A stretch of DNA of 64,000 bases from a virus: positions 6,342-70,341 of the IMG/VR virus record IMGVR_UViG_3300025102_000019; one strand, written 5' to 3'. Under the pieces are notes generated by a model that was not told the DNA's origin, ran no database searches, and was given only the letters and a program-made list of their open reading frames with translations. Positions 27,045-36,044 of this stretch are shown here, one piece after another. Both the position numbers and the translations under genes were made by a program. Every line of letters begins with the position of its first letter. The stretch's first letter is position 1.

Positions 27045-29285
27045 TCAGGAATGGAACACAGGGTCAATCGTTATGACCTTGATTGACTTAGGCATTATCT
27101 TCAGCATGCTCCTTATCGGTCCTTTGTCCTCAGGTATGGGCAGTGGTGCTTCTGTAATGAAGTAGTCATCAATTAGAATCTCTATGGTCTCTTTAGTACC
27201 ACTACCGCCCTGTTTGACGAATGATAAACGTATCATGTCAGCGTCAGTGGTGTCTGTTGTAGTGTCATCGAAGTTATCTATGCTTCTTCTCATGTTGTGG
27301 TAGAACAGCGGGTCGTCTACTATTATCTCCATCTCCATGTCGTACTCGGTCTTGCCAGCGACGGATATGGTTGGGTTTCTAGTGCCTGCGTATGGTACTT
27401 GGTCGGTCTTAGAGTCAGCGACGTTAGCACCTGTGATGGTGTAGAACTGCTGCACTCCGGTGCTGCCGTTGAGTTGGAAACTGACGACTTGCCCAAGGGT
27501 AGTGCCCTTGACCCTCATCGTACCATTGTAGAACATGAATGGCTTCTGAGTCCTCTTGGCTATGCCGGACTCCTTCCTCTTGACCTCTGTGTTGGCCGTA
27601 TCCTCGAAGAGTCTGTGTGCGTCGTACCTGTCACCTTCTTCTGAGTCTTCCAATCTACCAGTGTCGGTGTAACATAGAGCAGCATCGAAGTTCACTGTCA
27701 TTTTTAAGGCAGCATCAGTATCAGCCTTGAGTGAGAAGTCTTTCACCTTGCATCCACGGAAGACACGTGTGAGTTGCTTTGAGTCACCTGCACTACCATC
27801 CACGACCTCTGTCGCTGCTGTGCCTGCACCAAGACCTGTGTCATTTCTCCTGATGCTAACCTCCATAGCGAAAGATGGTAGGTTGGTTCTGGAGTAGATG
27901 AGTTTCTCAACTGGATTCTGTAATGTACCGAAAGTCCCAGCACTAGAACTAGCCGCTGTGGTGAGGAGATTAGGACTACCGTTAGACCCGTCTGCCATGA
28001 ACCTACAGAAGTAGATGTCCATGTCGGTGTCATGATTGAAGTTGAAAGGGTCATCGACCCATATCTTGCTGTTGTTTATGGCGACTATCCTTCTTATCTC
28101 GGTCTTGATAGCCTTGCTTATGACGCTATCAGCGCCCTGTGCTGGCCAAGTGCCGTCGCTTGCTGTTTCCCTGTGAGTGTGTACATCTGTGGTGTTGAAC
28201 TCAGGGATTATCACATAGTCGCCTGCTGCTGGTGCTTCGTTGTCACCCGCACCTAGTTCGCTGACAGCAGTGCCACTGTAGGCGAAGTAGGAGTCACCGG
28301 GCGAGATAGCACCGTCAGTCTCTAGGCTTGTTGTAGTACTTGTAGGACCACACAGAGCAGATGGACTGAAAGCGAGCGTGTCTGCTGTCGTCAACTGAAC
28401 CTTAGTGCCACCCTCCTCGAATCTCATGGTACTGTTTGCTCCGCTATCGGAAACAGCGGTCAATCTACCTACATATGTCCCGTCGCTCTTGAAGATTGCA
28501 TCTCCAGCACCGACTCCTGTGATTGCCCCGTCTAATTGTATATGGGTGGCCGTTCCTGCTGCGATAGTTTCTTCGACTTTACCGGTTATGGTTGTTAGTG
28601 GTAGTTTGGCCAACTCGTGACCTAGTGCGTAGTAGAACCAACGACCGTTGTGTATGTTGCACTCGAAAGAGCCGCCTGTATTGATGAACCTGCCCGGAGT
28701 CTGTACTGCTACGTCTCGACCTAGACCGACCACGTGGTATCTCTTCAGGTCCACGACGGTCTCAGGTAGAGCCACAGTGCCTACCAGTCCTACGAACTGG
28801 TCAGTGAGAACCCTCTCAGCAGCATCATTTGCGTGACCTGCATGAGTCATGGATGTGTCCATGCTGGGAGTTTTGAATGGAAGTATGTGCAGAGCACCTG
28901 AGTCTGACGTTATGTCACCACTGCTGTGGTCTGTAAGCAGATGTGGGGATATGGTGAGTTCGATGTCGGATTGAGCGACTATGGTGTATACCCTACCAGA
29001 CACGCTGTAGTTGTCATTAGCATCCCAAGGGTCGCCATCCAGACCGCTGAAGACGAGTTGACTGCCGACCAACATGCCTCTTGGGAAGGCAATCTTGGTG
29101 CTGTCTATCGGTGCTCCCGATGCGCCACCACTGAACTTGATGACGCTTGTATCCTTGATTTTGTCTCTTGCACCGGACTTGGCAATGAACCTCACAGTGC
29201 CGAATGCATTGTGCTCTATTGTGATACCTGACTCGTGACCGAACGTGATTTCAGTCAGGTCTCCACGATAAACTGTTGACGGCAT
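27045..29285 (-). CDS. major tail (tube) protein with inserted accessory domains
   Basis: 746 aa, located after the tail terminator and before the chaperones. The C-terminal part (RVFRGCKVKDFSLKA...PFMFYNGTM...VVSFQL...EMEIIV) resembles tail tube folds. GGTGA RBS upstream. Confidence 0.7.
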   Translation of the reverse strand: MPSTVYRGDLTEITFGHESGITIEHNAFGTVRFIAKSGARDKIKDTSVIKFSGGASGAPIDSTKIAFPRGMLVGSQLVFSGLDGDPWDANDNYSVSGRVYTIVAQSDIELTISPHLLTDHSSGDITSDSGALHILPFKTPSMDTSMTHAGHANDAAERVLTDQFVGLVGTVALPETVVDLKRYHVVGLGRDVAVQTPGRFINTGGSFECNIHNGRWFYYALGHELAKLPLTTITGKVEETIAAGTATHIQLDGAITGVGAGDAIFKSDGTYVGRLTAVSDSGANSTMRFEEGGTKVQLTTADTLAFSPSALCGPTSTTTSLETDGAISPGDSYFAYSGTAVSELGAGDNEAPAAGDYVIIPEFNTTDVHTHRETASDGTWPAQGADSVISKAIKTEIRRIVAINNSKIWVDDPFNFNHDTDMDIYFCRFMADGSNGSPNLLTTAASSSAGTFGTLQNPVEKLIYSRTNLPSFAMEVSIRRNDTGLGAGTAATEVVDGSAGDSKQLTRVFRGCKVKDFSLKADTDAALKMTVNFDAALCYTDTGRLEDSEEGDRYDAHRLFEDTANTEVKRKESGIAKRTQKPFMFYNGTMRVKGTTLGQVVSFQLNGSTGVQQFYTITGANVADSKTDQVPYAGTRNPTISVAGKTEYDMEMEIIVDDPLFYHNMRRSIDNFDDTTTDTTDADMIRLSFVKQGGSGTKETIEILIDDYFITEAPLPIPEDKGPIRSMLKIMPKSIKVITIDPVFHS

Positions 29286-29299
29286 GGCTCTCTCTCACC

Positions 29300-29749
29300 T
29301 CATGGGATTAACTCTGCAAAGATAACAACTTCTATCTGAAAGGTCGTTCTGAACAACATTTTGCTCCTATCGGACAAATCCGTTCGTGTTTTGAACACCA
29401 GTCTGTCGTAGTTCTCACCGTCTCCTTTGCGCTTGGTGTGGATTGCTCTTCTTATCTCATTCTCCATGAGTTGCAAGTGCTTTCTGCTTCTCATGGTTCT
29501 CGCATCCAACGTGATATTTATTCTAGTGGTAACGAAGTCATACAATAGTTCCGGTGTCTCTTCGTTGTGTGCCGTCTCGAAGACCATGATGTAGTCGTGG
29601 TTCTTCATGTCCAGCCTCTTTCCACGCTCTGGTCCTACGTCTGCTATGTCTATGATGATAGGCTTGTAGTTGCCCGTATTCCCCCTGTTCCAATTGTCTT
29701 TCAGGACAGCGAGAACAGCGTCTATGCCCTCTAGGAAAGTCGCTACCAT
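29300..29749 (-). CDS. tail terminator / tail completion protein
   Basis: 149 aa. Pattern (RINITLDAR...LMENEIRRAI...LFRTTFQIEV) and position directly before the tail tube gene. Confidence 0.6.
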   Translation of the reverse strand: MVATFLEGIDAVLAVLKDNWNRGNTGNYKPIIIDIADVGPERGKRLDMKNHDYIMVFETAHNEETPELLYDFVTTRINITLDARTMRSRKHLQLMENEIRRAIHTKRKGDGENYDRLVFKTRTDLSDRSKMLFRTTFQIEVVIFAELIP

Positions 29750-30090
29750 TAGTTCTTCACCTCTGCAATCGGTAGTAGTTTGCCACCTCTGTAGTTGAAG
29801 TTGTGCTCCCTTATCTCAGGATTTCCCTCTGTGAGCATCCTCTCGTCCACTCTCTTCATCACCTTGTCTATGATTTCCTGTGATGCTGGGAGACCTGTCT
29901 TTGTTACAGTAATGAGACCATCATCGTTCGTCAGTCCCTCAGACATCATCTCCTCCCTCTCCTTCCTCGTTCTGAGGTTGGATGGATTCTTTGTGAAGTA
30001 GTTGAGTAGTTCTGCTTGGTTGGATATATTCTCAGAAAAGGTATCCCTGATTCTACCTCGCATCTCGTCTCCTGCGTCATACTTGGTCAT
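29749..30090 (-). CDS. hypothetical neck-region protein
   Basis: 113 aa, translationally coupled within the head-tail joining block. Confidence 0.5.
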   Translation of the reverse strand: MTKYDAGDEMRGRIRDTFSENISNQAELLNYFTKNPSNLRTRKEREEMMSEGLTNDDGLITVTKTGLPASQEIIDKVMKRVDERMLTEGNPEIREHNFNYRGGKLLPIAEVKN

Positions 30091-31748
30091 AGGAAACTTA
30101 CCACCTCTTTGTAACGTGGTATGGTGTTCTCTATGTCCATCTTGTACATCTGTATCTTGGATGCGAGGTCTACGTTCTGCGTTCCCTCAGGTATGAGAAC
30201 GCTCCTATCATCGCTCATGAGTAAGTCTATGGCTACCATCTTGGTGCACATGTCCTCTATCGCCTTCTCAAGATACCTCTCTCCGTAGATGTAGGATGCC
30301 TTGACTGCGTTCCACTCGAAGAACGGGTATGAGTTGTTGAAGTATATGATTCCCATCTCAGGGTCTAGCCAGAAGTCACGTAGCCTGCCACCGTCTCCAG
30401 TGCTTCCCTGTAGGTCAACATCCATTTTATGCTGAGTGACAGTAAGCCCATTCAAGTCGTCTACTGAAGAACCTACAACAGAAGAACAACCAGTGAATGT
30501 ACCATGTGAGGTCACATTCCCATTAGCATCGAGTACATTTGAGGTCTTACCTGTGTATCTGATAACTGTATCACCAACGGATAAGACTCCAGAATCCACG
30601 AAATTGGATGTTGTGTTTTTTGCTGTCACATTACCGTCTCCATCGACCGTGTGTACAGTTAGTACGCTAGTCGTAACACTATTGACAACAGCAGTATTAC
30701 CGATTGCTGCATCTATAGTGACATTGGAATTAGTGGAGGCGATTGTGCATGTTTCTCCCCCCTTTATCGGTCTCATGCTTGTTATCTTTACAATACCACT
30801 GCCTAAATCGGAGTTTGCTGTAGCAAGGAACTCGTTGTTCACTGCTACGTTAGAGGTGCTCCCCTCTAATGTGAAAGCGGGTGAGAAGTCCACTCCTGCC
30901 TTTCCGACCCTATCTTCCTTGTTGATTAGGTCAGCGAGATTCTGTGCTGTGGTTATCTTGTCGAAGTCTGCTCTCCACTGATTGGATGCAGTGCCCATAG
31001 TCAAAGTGACAGTAGATGCTGTGCTGTTTCCGGGGCATAGAACGATAGAGCCTGATAAGGTGTTCACACTATCTGGTATGATAATACGTGCTTCTGCTGC
31101 ACCAATCTCCCTGTAGTCATCTCCTTGCCATAGTTCTAGACGTAGGAGTTGCTGTACGTTTCTATATAGAAGAGGGGTAGTACCCACGTAATCCGTGTAG
31201 TACCTACGCCTGTATGGTTTGTATGTGTCGAAGTTGATGTACTCAGCAGTGACGAGATTCGGTCTCCATGAGTTGTGTGTCATGTTGTCTATCTTGTCCT
31301 GCATGCGTCTGATGATGGCATCCACCTTGTCCTTGGTCAGTCCTCTTGTCCTGCCGTTGGTGAATGATGCTTGATTCTGCACGTATCCATTGTCTGCTAC
31401 CTCGTAGTCAGTAGCAGTGAGAGTAGCGCCTGAGAATGTGAGTTTGACACTACCAGCCTTAGTTGAAGTACCTTTGCCGATAGCGGTGATGGAGAGGTCC
31501 TCTTCACCTAGGGGGTCAGCGTCACTGTAGATTCGTATTTTATCTCCTACTGAAAATCCGATATTACGATAGTCAGCACCAGTGATGTATATGGCATCAG
31601 AGTCTGCATCTTTGCTCATTAGAACTGCTTCTTGTGGTCCTATGTCTAGTAAATCTGCGACTTTCTGTGCTGTGGTGTATACAATCGCAGTGGGGTCAAG
31701 AGGCCTTGTCTCTGCCTCACCGGGACTGAACACCTGTGGCATTACCAC
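30087..31748 (-). CDS. head-tail adaptor/connector with inserted domains
   Basis: N-terminal YTTAQKVADLL and C-terminal YIYGE...AIEDMCTKMVAIDLL resemble gp6/gp15-type adaptors. The middle carries extra beta domains. Confidence 0.6.
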   Translation of the reverse strand: MVMPQVFSPGEAETRPLDPTAIVYTTAQKVADLLDIGPQEAVLMSKDADSDAIYITGADYRNIGFSVGDKIRIYSDADPLGEEDLSITAIGKGTSTKAGSVKLTFSGATLTATDYEVADNGYVQNQASFTNGRTRGLTKDKVDAIIRRMQDKIDNMTHNSWRPNLVTAEYINFDTYKPYRRRYYTDYVGTTPLLYRNVQQLLRLELWQGDDYREIGAAEARIIIPDSVNTLSGSIVLCPGNSTASTVTLTMGTASNQWRADFDKITTAQNLADLINKEDRVGKAGVDFSPAFTLEGSTSNVAVNNEFLATANSDLGSGIVKITSMRPIKGGETCTIASTNSNVTIDAAIGNTAVVNSVTTSVLTVHTVDGDGNVTAKNTTSNFVDSGVLSVGDTVIRYTGKTSNVLDANGNVTSHGTFTGCSSVVGSSVDDLNGLTVTQHKMDVDLQGSTGDGGRLRDFWLDPEMGIIYFNNSYPFFEWNAVKASYIYGERYLEKAIEDMCTKMVAIDLLMSDDRSVLIPEGTQNVDLASKIQMYKMDIENTIPRYKEVVSFL

Positions 31749-32041
31749 CGAGCCTCCTCATTCCTGTGGCCCATGTTGTACTCCATCGGTTTCTTGCATG
31801 AACTGCACTTCTCCACGAACATGAAGTGAAGGAGACCACAGTGCTTGCACCGTGTTCCTGCACCTATGTTGAGTATATCGCTTATGTCTTCGACTCTCTT
31901 GTTCTGCTTGCTGACAGTGCCTGCCAGAGGTTTGTCGGTATTGAATACCGAGCCAGTTCCAAGAGTCTCTGCTAGTTTGACGTTCTGCTTCTGTGCACGT
32001 TCTATGTCGCTGAGTTCAAGAGTTTGTATATCGAAACCCAT
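31742..32041 (-). CDS. small zinc-ribbon protein
   Basis: CKHC...CSSC motif. GGTGA RBS upstream. Confidence 0.6.
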   Translation of the reverse strand: MGFDIQTLELSDIERAQKQNVKLAETLGTGSVFNTDKPLAGTVSKQNKRVEDISDILNIGAGTRCKHCGLLHFMFVEKCSSCKKPMEYNMGHRNEEARW

Positions 32042-32056
32042 TCATATCCCTCACCA

Positions 32057-32230
32057 TCAACTCGTTGTCACAAATATATACACGTTACCCAGAATCGTAT
32101 GTGGGTCAACTGCCACAGGTGCGTTACTGCCTATAGCAGCAATCACTGCGTTCTGCATCGTCGTCTTCGCACTACTGCTGTTGAAGTCAGTAGGGGCGAA
32201 CGGTCCAAGTATCGTAAGTGTCTTTGCCAT
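32057..32230 (-). CDS. small virion protein (57 aa, below the ORF-track cutoff)
   Basis: ATG 32230 gives MAKTLTILGPFAPTDFNSSSAKTTMQNAVIAAIGSNAPVAVDPHTILGNVYIFVTTS*. GGTGA RBS upstream; fills the gap between neighbouring genes. Confidence 0.65.
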   Translation of the reverse strand: MAKTLTILGPFAPTDFNSSSAKTTMQNAVIAAIGSNAPVAVDPHTILGNVYIFVTTS

Positions 32231-32243
32231 CTAGGTCACCGCC

Positions 32244-32507
32244 TTAATTGCGGAAACCTATGCCAATGAACCTTCCGCCTAGAGATGCGCTCTCACTAAA
32301 GTGCAGGGTAGTGCCGTTTGCACCAATTGCTACCGGGTTTGCTTCCTCAGTCGGGTTGTTGTCTCCGCCTACTACTATTACATCGCCGTAAACTAGACTA
32401 GCCAAGTGTCCTGAGAAGTCTATGCTTGTATCGCCGTCTGCAAAAGTACCAGTCACTAGCACTAGGTTTCCTATTATCGTTGGTCTTGGGTCAAATGATA
32501 TTGCCAT
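32244..32507 (-). CDS. small beta-rich virion protein (possible capsid decoration)
   Basis: 87 aa. GGAGG RBS upstream; located downstream of the MCP gene. Confidence 0.55.
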   Translation of the reverse strand: MAISFDPRPTIIGNLVLVTGTFADGDTSIDFSGHLASLVYGDVIVVGGDNNPTEEANPVAIGANGTTLHFSESASLGGRFIGIGFRN

Positions 32508-32511
32508 TTTT

Positions 32512-32934
32512 TTATTCCTCCATTATTGTTTCTGTTGCCGTCTCTTCGACCGCTTCCTCAACCACTTCTTCCACAACTGGCTCTTCGGCTATCTCTTCGA
32601 CAACCGGCTCAGGTGCGGGTGGGTTTAGAATTGTATCGACTTGTGCTAGTAGTTGAGTCTTGGTTTGGTAGACCCTACCGACAGTTCCGCCGTTATCTCT
32701 TATCCAATCTATGATATCGGCTCTGCGCCATCCATCATCTGGTAGACCGTCGTTACCAGCATCGGTGGTGAGGGGTTCGTCTCCCTCGATTGCCCACCTT
32801 TCTGCTGGTAATCTGTTTCTCCATTGGTCTACCCACTCTTGGGTTTTTTCCTGCGATTCCGTCCTAACAAACTCAGGCCCACCATCAGGAGAGTTTCTCC
32901 TGTGGTGAGGTCCGAGAAAAGTTACGGTTGGCAA
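32512..32934 (-). CDS. hypothetical protein with HeH/SAP-like helical motif and acidic tail
   Basis: WRRADIIDWIRDNGG...TKTQLLAQV; E/V-rich C-terminus. Confidence 0.55.
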   Translation of the reverse strand: MPTVTFLGPHHRRNSPDGGPEFVRTESQEKTQEWVDQWRNRLPAERWAIEGDEPLTTDAGNDGLPDDGWRRADIIDWIRDNGGTVGRVYQTKTQLLAQVDTILNPPAPEPVVEEIAEEPVVEEVVEEAVEETATETIMEE

Positions 32935-32945
32935 CTGAAACCACC

Positions 32946-33413
32946 TCAGCCTACTATAGCCGTTAGTAGAACTACGTCTGTGTTTCCAGCGGTGGTGTAA
33001 GCGACTGTTCCAGCCTCATGAGCAACTACTGTTGCTGCTGCGAGTAGGGACTCGTCGGTATCTGTGTCGTTGATTAGACTCAGAACTGCGTAGACCTTGC
33101 TGTAATTGCTGTTGAAAGCATTCACATCGAAGGTGTGTGCAGTACCAGTATCACCAGTCAGACTAACCGAAATCAATCGTAGACCTGATACTGGTTTGTT
33201 AGTACCTTGCGTGTTCGTTGCTCCGAAAGCATCCAGAGTACCGGGGTATCCTGACGTTCCTGCAACGAATGCTGCTCCACCTGCACTTTGCCATGCTGTG
33301 TTAGCGGCTACTGTGCCGTCTGCGTTAGGGACATTTTCTAATGCCCCACCAGTGTTTCCACCCATTGGTATGTCTAAGTATGTCGTTGTTACTGTTGTTT
33401 GTACGTGTGCCAT
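32946..33413 (-). CDS. putative capsid decoration / minor capsid protein
   Basis: 155 aa, T/A/G-rich, immediately after the MCP gene, with a strong GGAGG RBS. Confidence 0.55.
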   Translation of the reverse strand: MAHVQTTVTTTYLDIPMGGNTGGALENVPNADGTVAANTAWQSAGGAAFVAGTSGYPGTLDAFGATNTQGTNKPVSGLRLISVSLTGDTGTAHTFDVNAFNSNYSKVYAVLSLINDTDTDESLLAAATVVAHEAGTVAYTTAGNTDVVLLTAIVG

Positions 33414-33443
33414 TTTTTATTCCTCCATTATCTCCAGACTGAC

Positions 33444-34589
33444 TCACTTAAGGTCACGAATGCTCCCTTGTCCACCGAAGAAAGTCGTCCATAGTTCTCC
33501 CATGGTCCTGTACATTCCTTCTTGCCCTAGTCTGTTGATTGCGAATGGGTCACCAGTCTCAATTCCACTCTCGTAGTATTGTGTTGGTATCGCCGTGCTG
33601 AAGTACATGTAGTCAGTGTCTAGGAAGTACATCCTGCTGATTACATCTGATTCTACGTCTTTGGAAGGGATGATTGGAACTCCGTTGTAGGTTGCTACTA
33701 CGAATCCGGCTTCCATTCCCGGTACACCCTTGACACCGTTGTAGGTTGGGGTGACTCTCTTCTCTTCCATGAACCTCTGCTGGGACTGTAGCAGTTGCTG
33801 TAGTCTCATCAGAGTGTCGTATCCAGTTAGAATGACCTTGGGGTTTCCACCACGTACCCAGATTTTCTGGAATAGGTCGTCTAGTTGGTCTAGGCTTAGA
33901 ACCCTGTCAGTTGCGCCAGTGCCACCAGTGTTAGCCTCAGCATATCCCCAGCCGCCAGTAGTTGCGCTTCTGTCGATGGAGTAGATGTCCTCGTCGTTGT
34001 CATCGTAGTGAGTACCGCCAGCGGCCATTACACTCGTGTCACCGATAGTTACTCTGTCAAGAGACTCGAAGTTGTTACCAGCCTTTGTAGATACATCTGT
34101 TAGAAGCATCTTGTTGGTCATCTCTGCGTGGTGCTTGCCCATCTCTTCTTTCAGGACTGAGCGTATGTCGCCCATTCCGTCATCCTTGTCAGCAAGGAAG
34201 ATAGCAGTCTCGGACATGTCGAACGTGTGAACGATTGTCTTTGGTTTTGCTGCCACGTGCTCGAACTTTGGCTTTACTGTGTCTGGTAGGGCTGCATTCT
34301 CTGCAACTCCACCGTGTATTGCGCCTGAGTTAGGTTTGTCAGTTAGAACTCTCCATCCTGACCTGTCCCAAGGTCTCTTCGGTAGTATGCTGAATGCGTT
34401 GAACTCTTGGTTCATCTGCGACCATACTTTGCGTCCGTAGATTGCATTGTATGTTCCAGCGGTTGAAGAGAGCATTGGTGCATCTGCTTTCAATAGTTCA
34501 CTGCCGGAGTAGGAGTAACCCATTGAGTTACCTGCTCCGTAGTAGTATCTTTCCATGTCTGTTATTGTGCGTACGTAGTTTCTTGCCAT
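33444..34589 (-). CDS. major capsid protein (HK97 fold)
   Basis: 381 aa directly after the prohead protease. Motifs GGVAENAALP, TYNGVPIIPS and MYFLDTDY resemble HK97-type archaeal virus MCPs. GGAGTGA RBS. Candidate maturation site ELLK/ADAP near the N-terminus. Confidence 0.85.
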   Translation of the reverse strand: MARNYVRTITDMERYYYGAGNSMGYSYSGSELLKADAPMLSSTAGTYNAIYGRKVWSQMNQEFNAFSILPKRPWDRSGWRVLTDKPNSGAIHGGVAENAALPDTVKPKFEHVAAKPKTIVHTFDMSETAIFLADKDDGMGDIRSVLKEEMGKHHAEMTNKMLLTDVSTKAGNNFESLDRVTIGDTSVMAAGGTHYDDNDEDIYSIDRSATTGGWGYAEANTGGTGATDRVLSLDQLDDLFQKIWVRGGNPKVILTGYDTLMRLQQLLQSQQRFMEEKRVTPTYNGVKGVPGMEAGFVVATYNGVPIIPSKDVESDVISRMYFLDTDYMYFSTAIPTQYYESGIETGDPFAINRLGQEGMYRTMGELWTTFFGGQGSIRDLK

Positions 34590-34591
34590 TC

Positions 34592-35995
34592 TTAATCACT
34601 CCTGAAGGTGCTGTTTGCGAGGTTATGTACCTCGTCCCAACTCATTGTTGCGAGTTCCTCAGTTGAAGGGATTTCAACGGTTGGAAGGGATGCTGCTGAT
34701 TTTGCGATTGTAGAACCGGACTCTACTGAGCCGATGCTGTCGATGCGCTCTGTAAGAGCGGCTAGAGACTTCTCGATAGCGGCTAGTGGGCTGCGAGCAT
34801 CGAATGCTGCTGCTTCTGCTTTTGCTATTTCGTGTTGCCTCTCTGATGCGAATCTGCTGGAGAAGTGGTTTTCTAGGCTTCCCTTGAACTCCTGCTCCAG
34901 TGCTGCTGCTTTGTAGACCTCGTATGCTGCCTCGATGTCTGAGTCAGATACTCTGTCTGCTGTTAGGAAGTCAGACTTCTCTAGTGTGGATTTCTTGCCT
35001 TTTCCACCAGAGCCAAAGTTGGCCTTGGGGACTTCTGGCTTTCCGTCTACGGATTCCCTCTTTGGTGCTTGTCCACCAAACCTTGTTGCTCCGTCTCCAA
35101 TTTCTTCTGGGGTAGAACCAAGGTTTGCCTTGTTGACATCATCAAAGTGAGCACGTGCGGAAATTGTGTCCACACCTGCACTCTTCAGAGTGTCTTCCAT
35201 CCAATTTAGGTACTCAGAGGAGATAACGTCAGAGTATTGTGATTTTTCGACATCTTTGTCTTCTTCATCTTTCATGGCTTCTTTCTTGTCACCATACATT
35301 TTCTCTTCGTCGTCTTTCTCATCGCCGTCGTCGTCGTTCTTCTTGCCTTGCATATGCTCTTTCAAGCCCGGTGGCATTTCCCCTTTCTCCATGGAGTCGA
35401 GTCTTCCTTCCAGACGTGACAGGACATCTGTCATTTGCGTCATTACATCATTTTCTGCTTCTGTCATTTTTTTCACCTTGTTTTTATCTTCTTTTAATAT
35501 CCTAAATGTTGCTTCTGGATTTATTCCTTTCTCACAAATTGTGATTTCGTGTAGTTCAAGTTTGCTGATTTCTTGGTAGTCTCCATGTACCGGGTCTGAT
35601 TTTCTGACTCGTTTGAATGCCTGCCCTCCAATACTAAAACCTCTCAATGAGCCTTTTCGTATTTCGGCAGCGACTTCCTTTGCTTTTTCGATGTCGTCTC
35701 GTAATTCTACAACTACAAACATTCCGACATCGTCAACTTCGCTTTTCCACAACCTCCCTTCACTATCTGTATAATTAGGAATTACTTCACCCACTTGAAT
35801 GTTAGAATGCGCTAATTGCACGTTTCTGTATCTGTGGTCCTCCATGTATTTCTTGAATGCGCCTTTCAATGCTTCTTTCGTAATTTTGTCTCCTTGCTTG
35901 TCAACTACTTCTACGCTAGCATACCCGGCAACAACGAGGTCTCCACCCTTGATGAGTGTAATTCCAGACTGAGGTTGTCGCAATGGGGATAGCAC
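34592..35995 (-). CDS. prohead protease fused to scaffolding domain
   Basis: HK97-type protease motifs VAGYASVEVVDKQGDKIT, QLAHSNIQVG, GFSIGG and LHEITICEKGINPEA, followed by an acidic/coiled-coil scaffold containing many [hydrophobic]-x-K-[S/A/G] sites. Confidence 0.88.
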   Translation of the reverse strand: MLSPLRQPQSGITLIKGGDLVVAGYASVEVVDKQGDKITKEALKGAFKKYMEDHRYRNVQLAHSNIQVGEVIPNYTDSEGRLWKSEVDDVGMFVVVELRDDIEKAKEVAAEIRKGSLRGFSIGGQAFKRVRKSDPVHGDYQEISKLELHEITICEKGINPEATFRILKEDKNKVKKMTEAENDVMTQMTDVLSRLEGRLDSMEKGEMPPGLKEHMQGKKNDDDGDEKDDEEKMYGDKKEAMKDEEDKDVEKSQYSDVISSEYLNWMEDTLKSAGVDTISARAHFDDVNKANLGSTPEEIGDGATRFGGQAPKRESVDGKPEVPKANFGSGGKGKKSTLEKSDFLTADRVSDSDIEAAYEVYKAAALEQEFKGSLENHFSSRFASERQHEIAKAEAAAFDARSPLAAIEKSLAALTERIDSIGSVESGSTIAKSAASLPTVEIPSTEELATMSWDEVHNLANSTFRSD

Positions 35996-36023
35996 ACTGA
36001 CTCAGAGTTACTGTGTCATACTA

Positions 36024-36033
36024 CTTATATGAA
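36024..36033 (-). promoter_or_regulatory. archaeal TATA-like element upstream of the protease-MCP operon
   Basis: The minus strand reads TTCATATAAG about 30 nt upstream of the GTG start at 35995, inside an intergenic gap. Confidence 0.4.
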
Positions 36034-36044
36034 GCGGCAACAAA

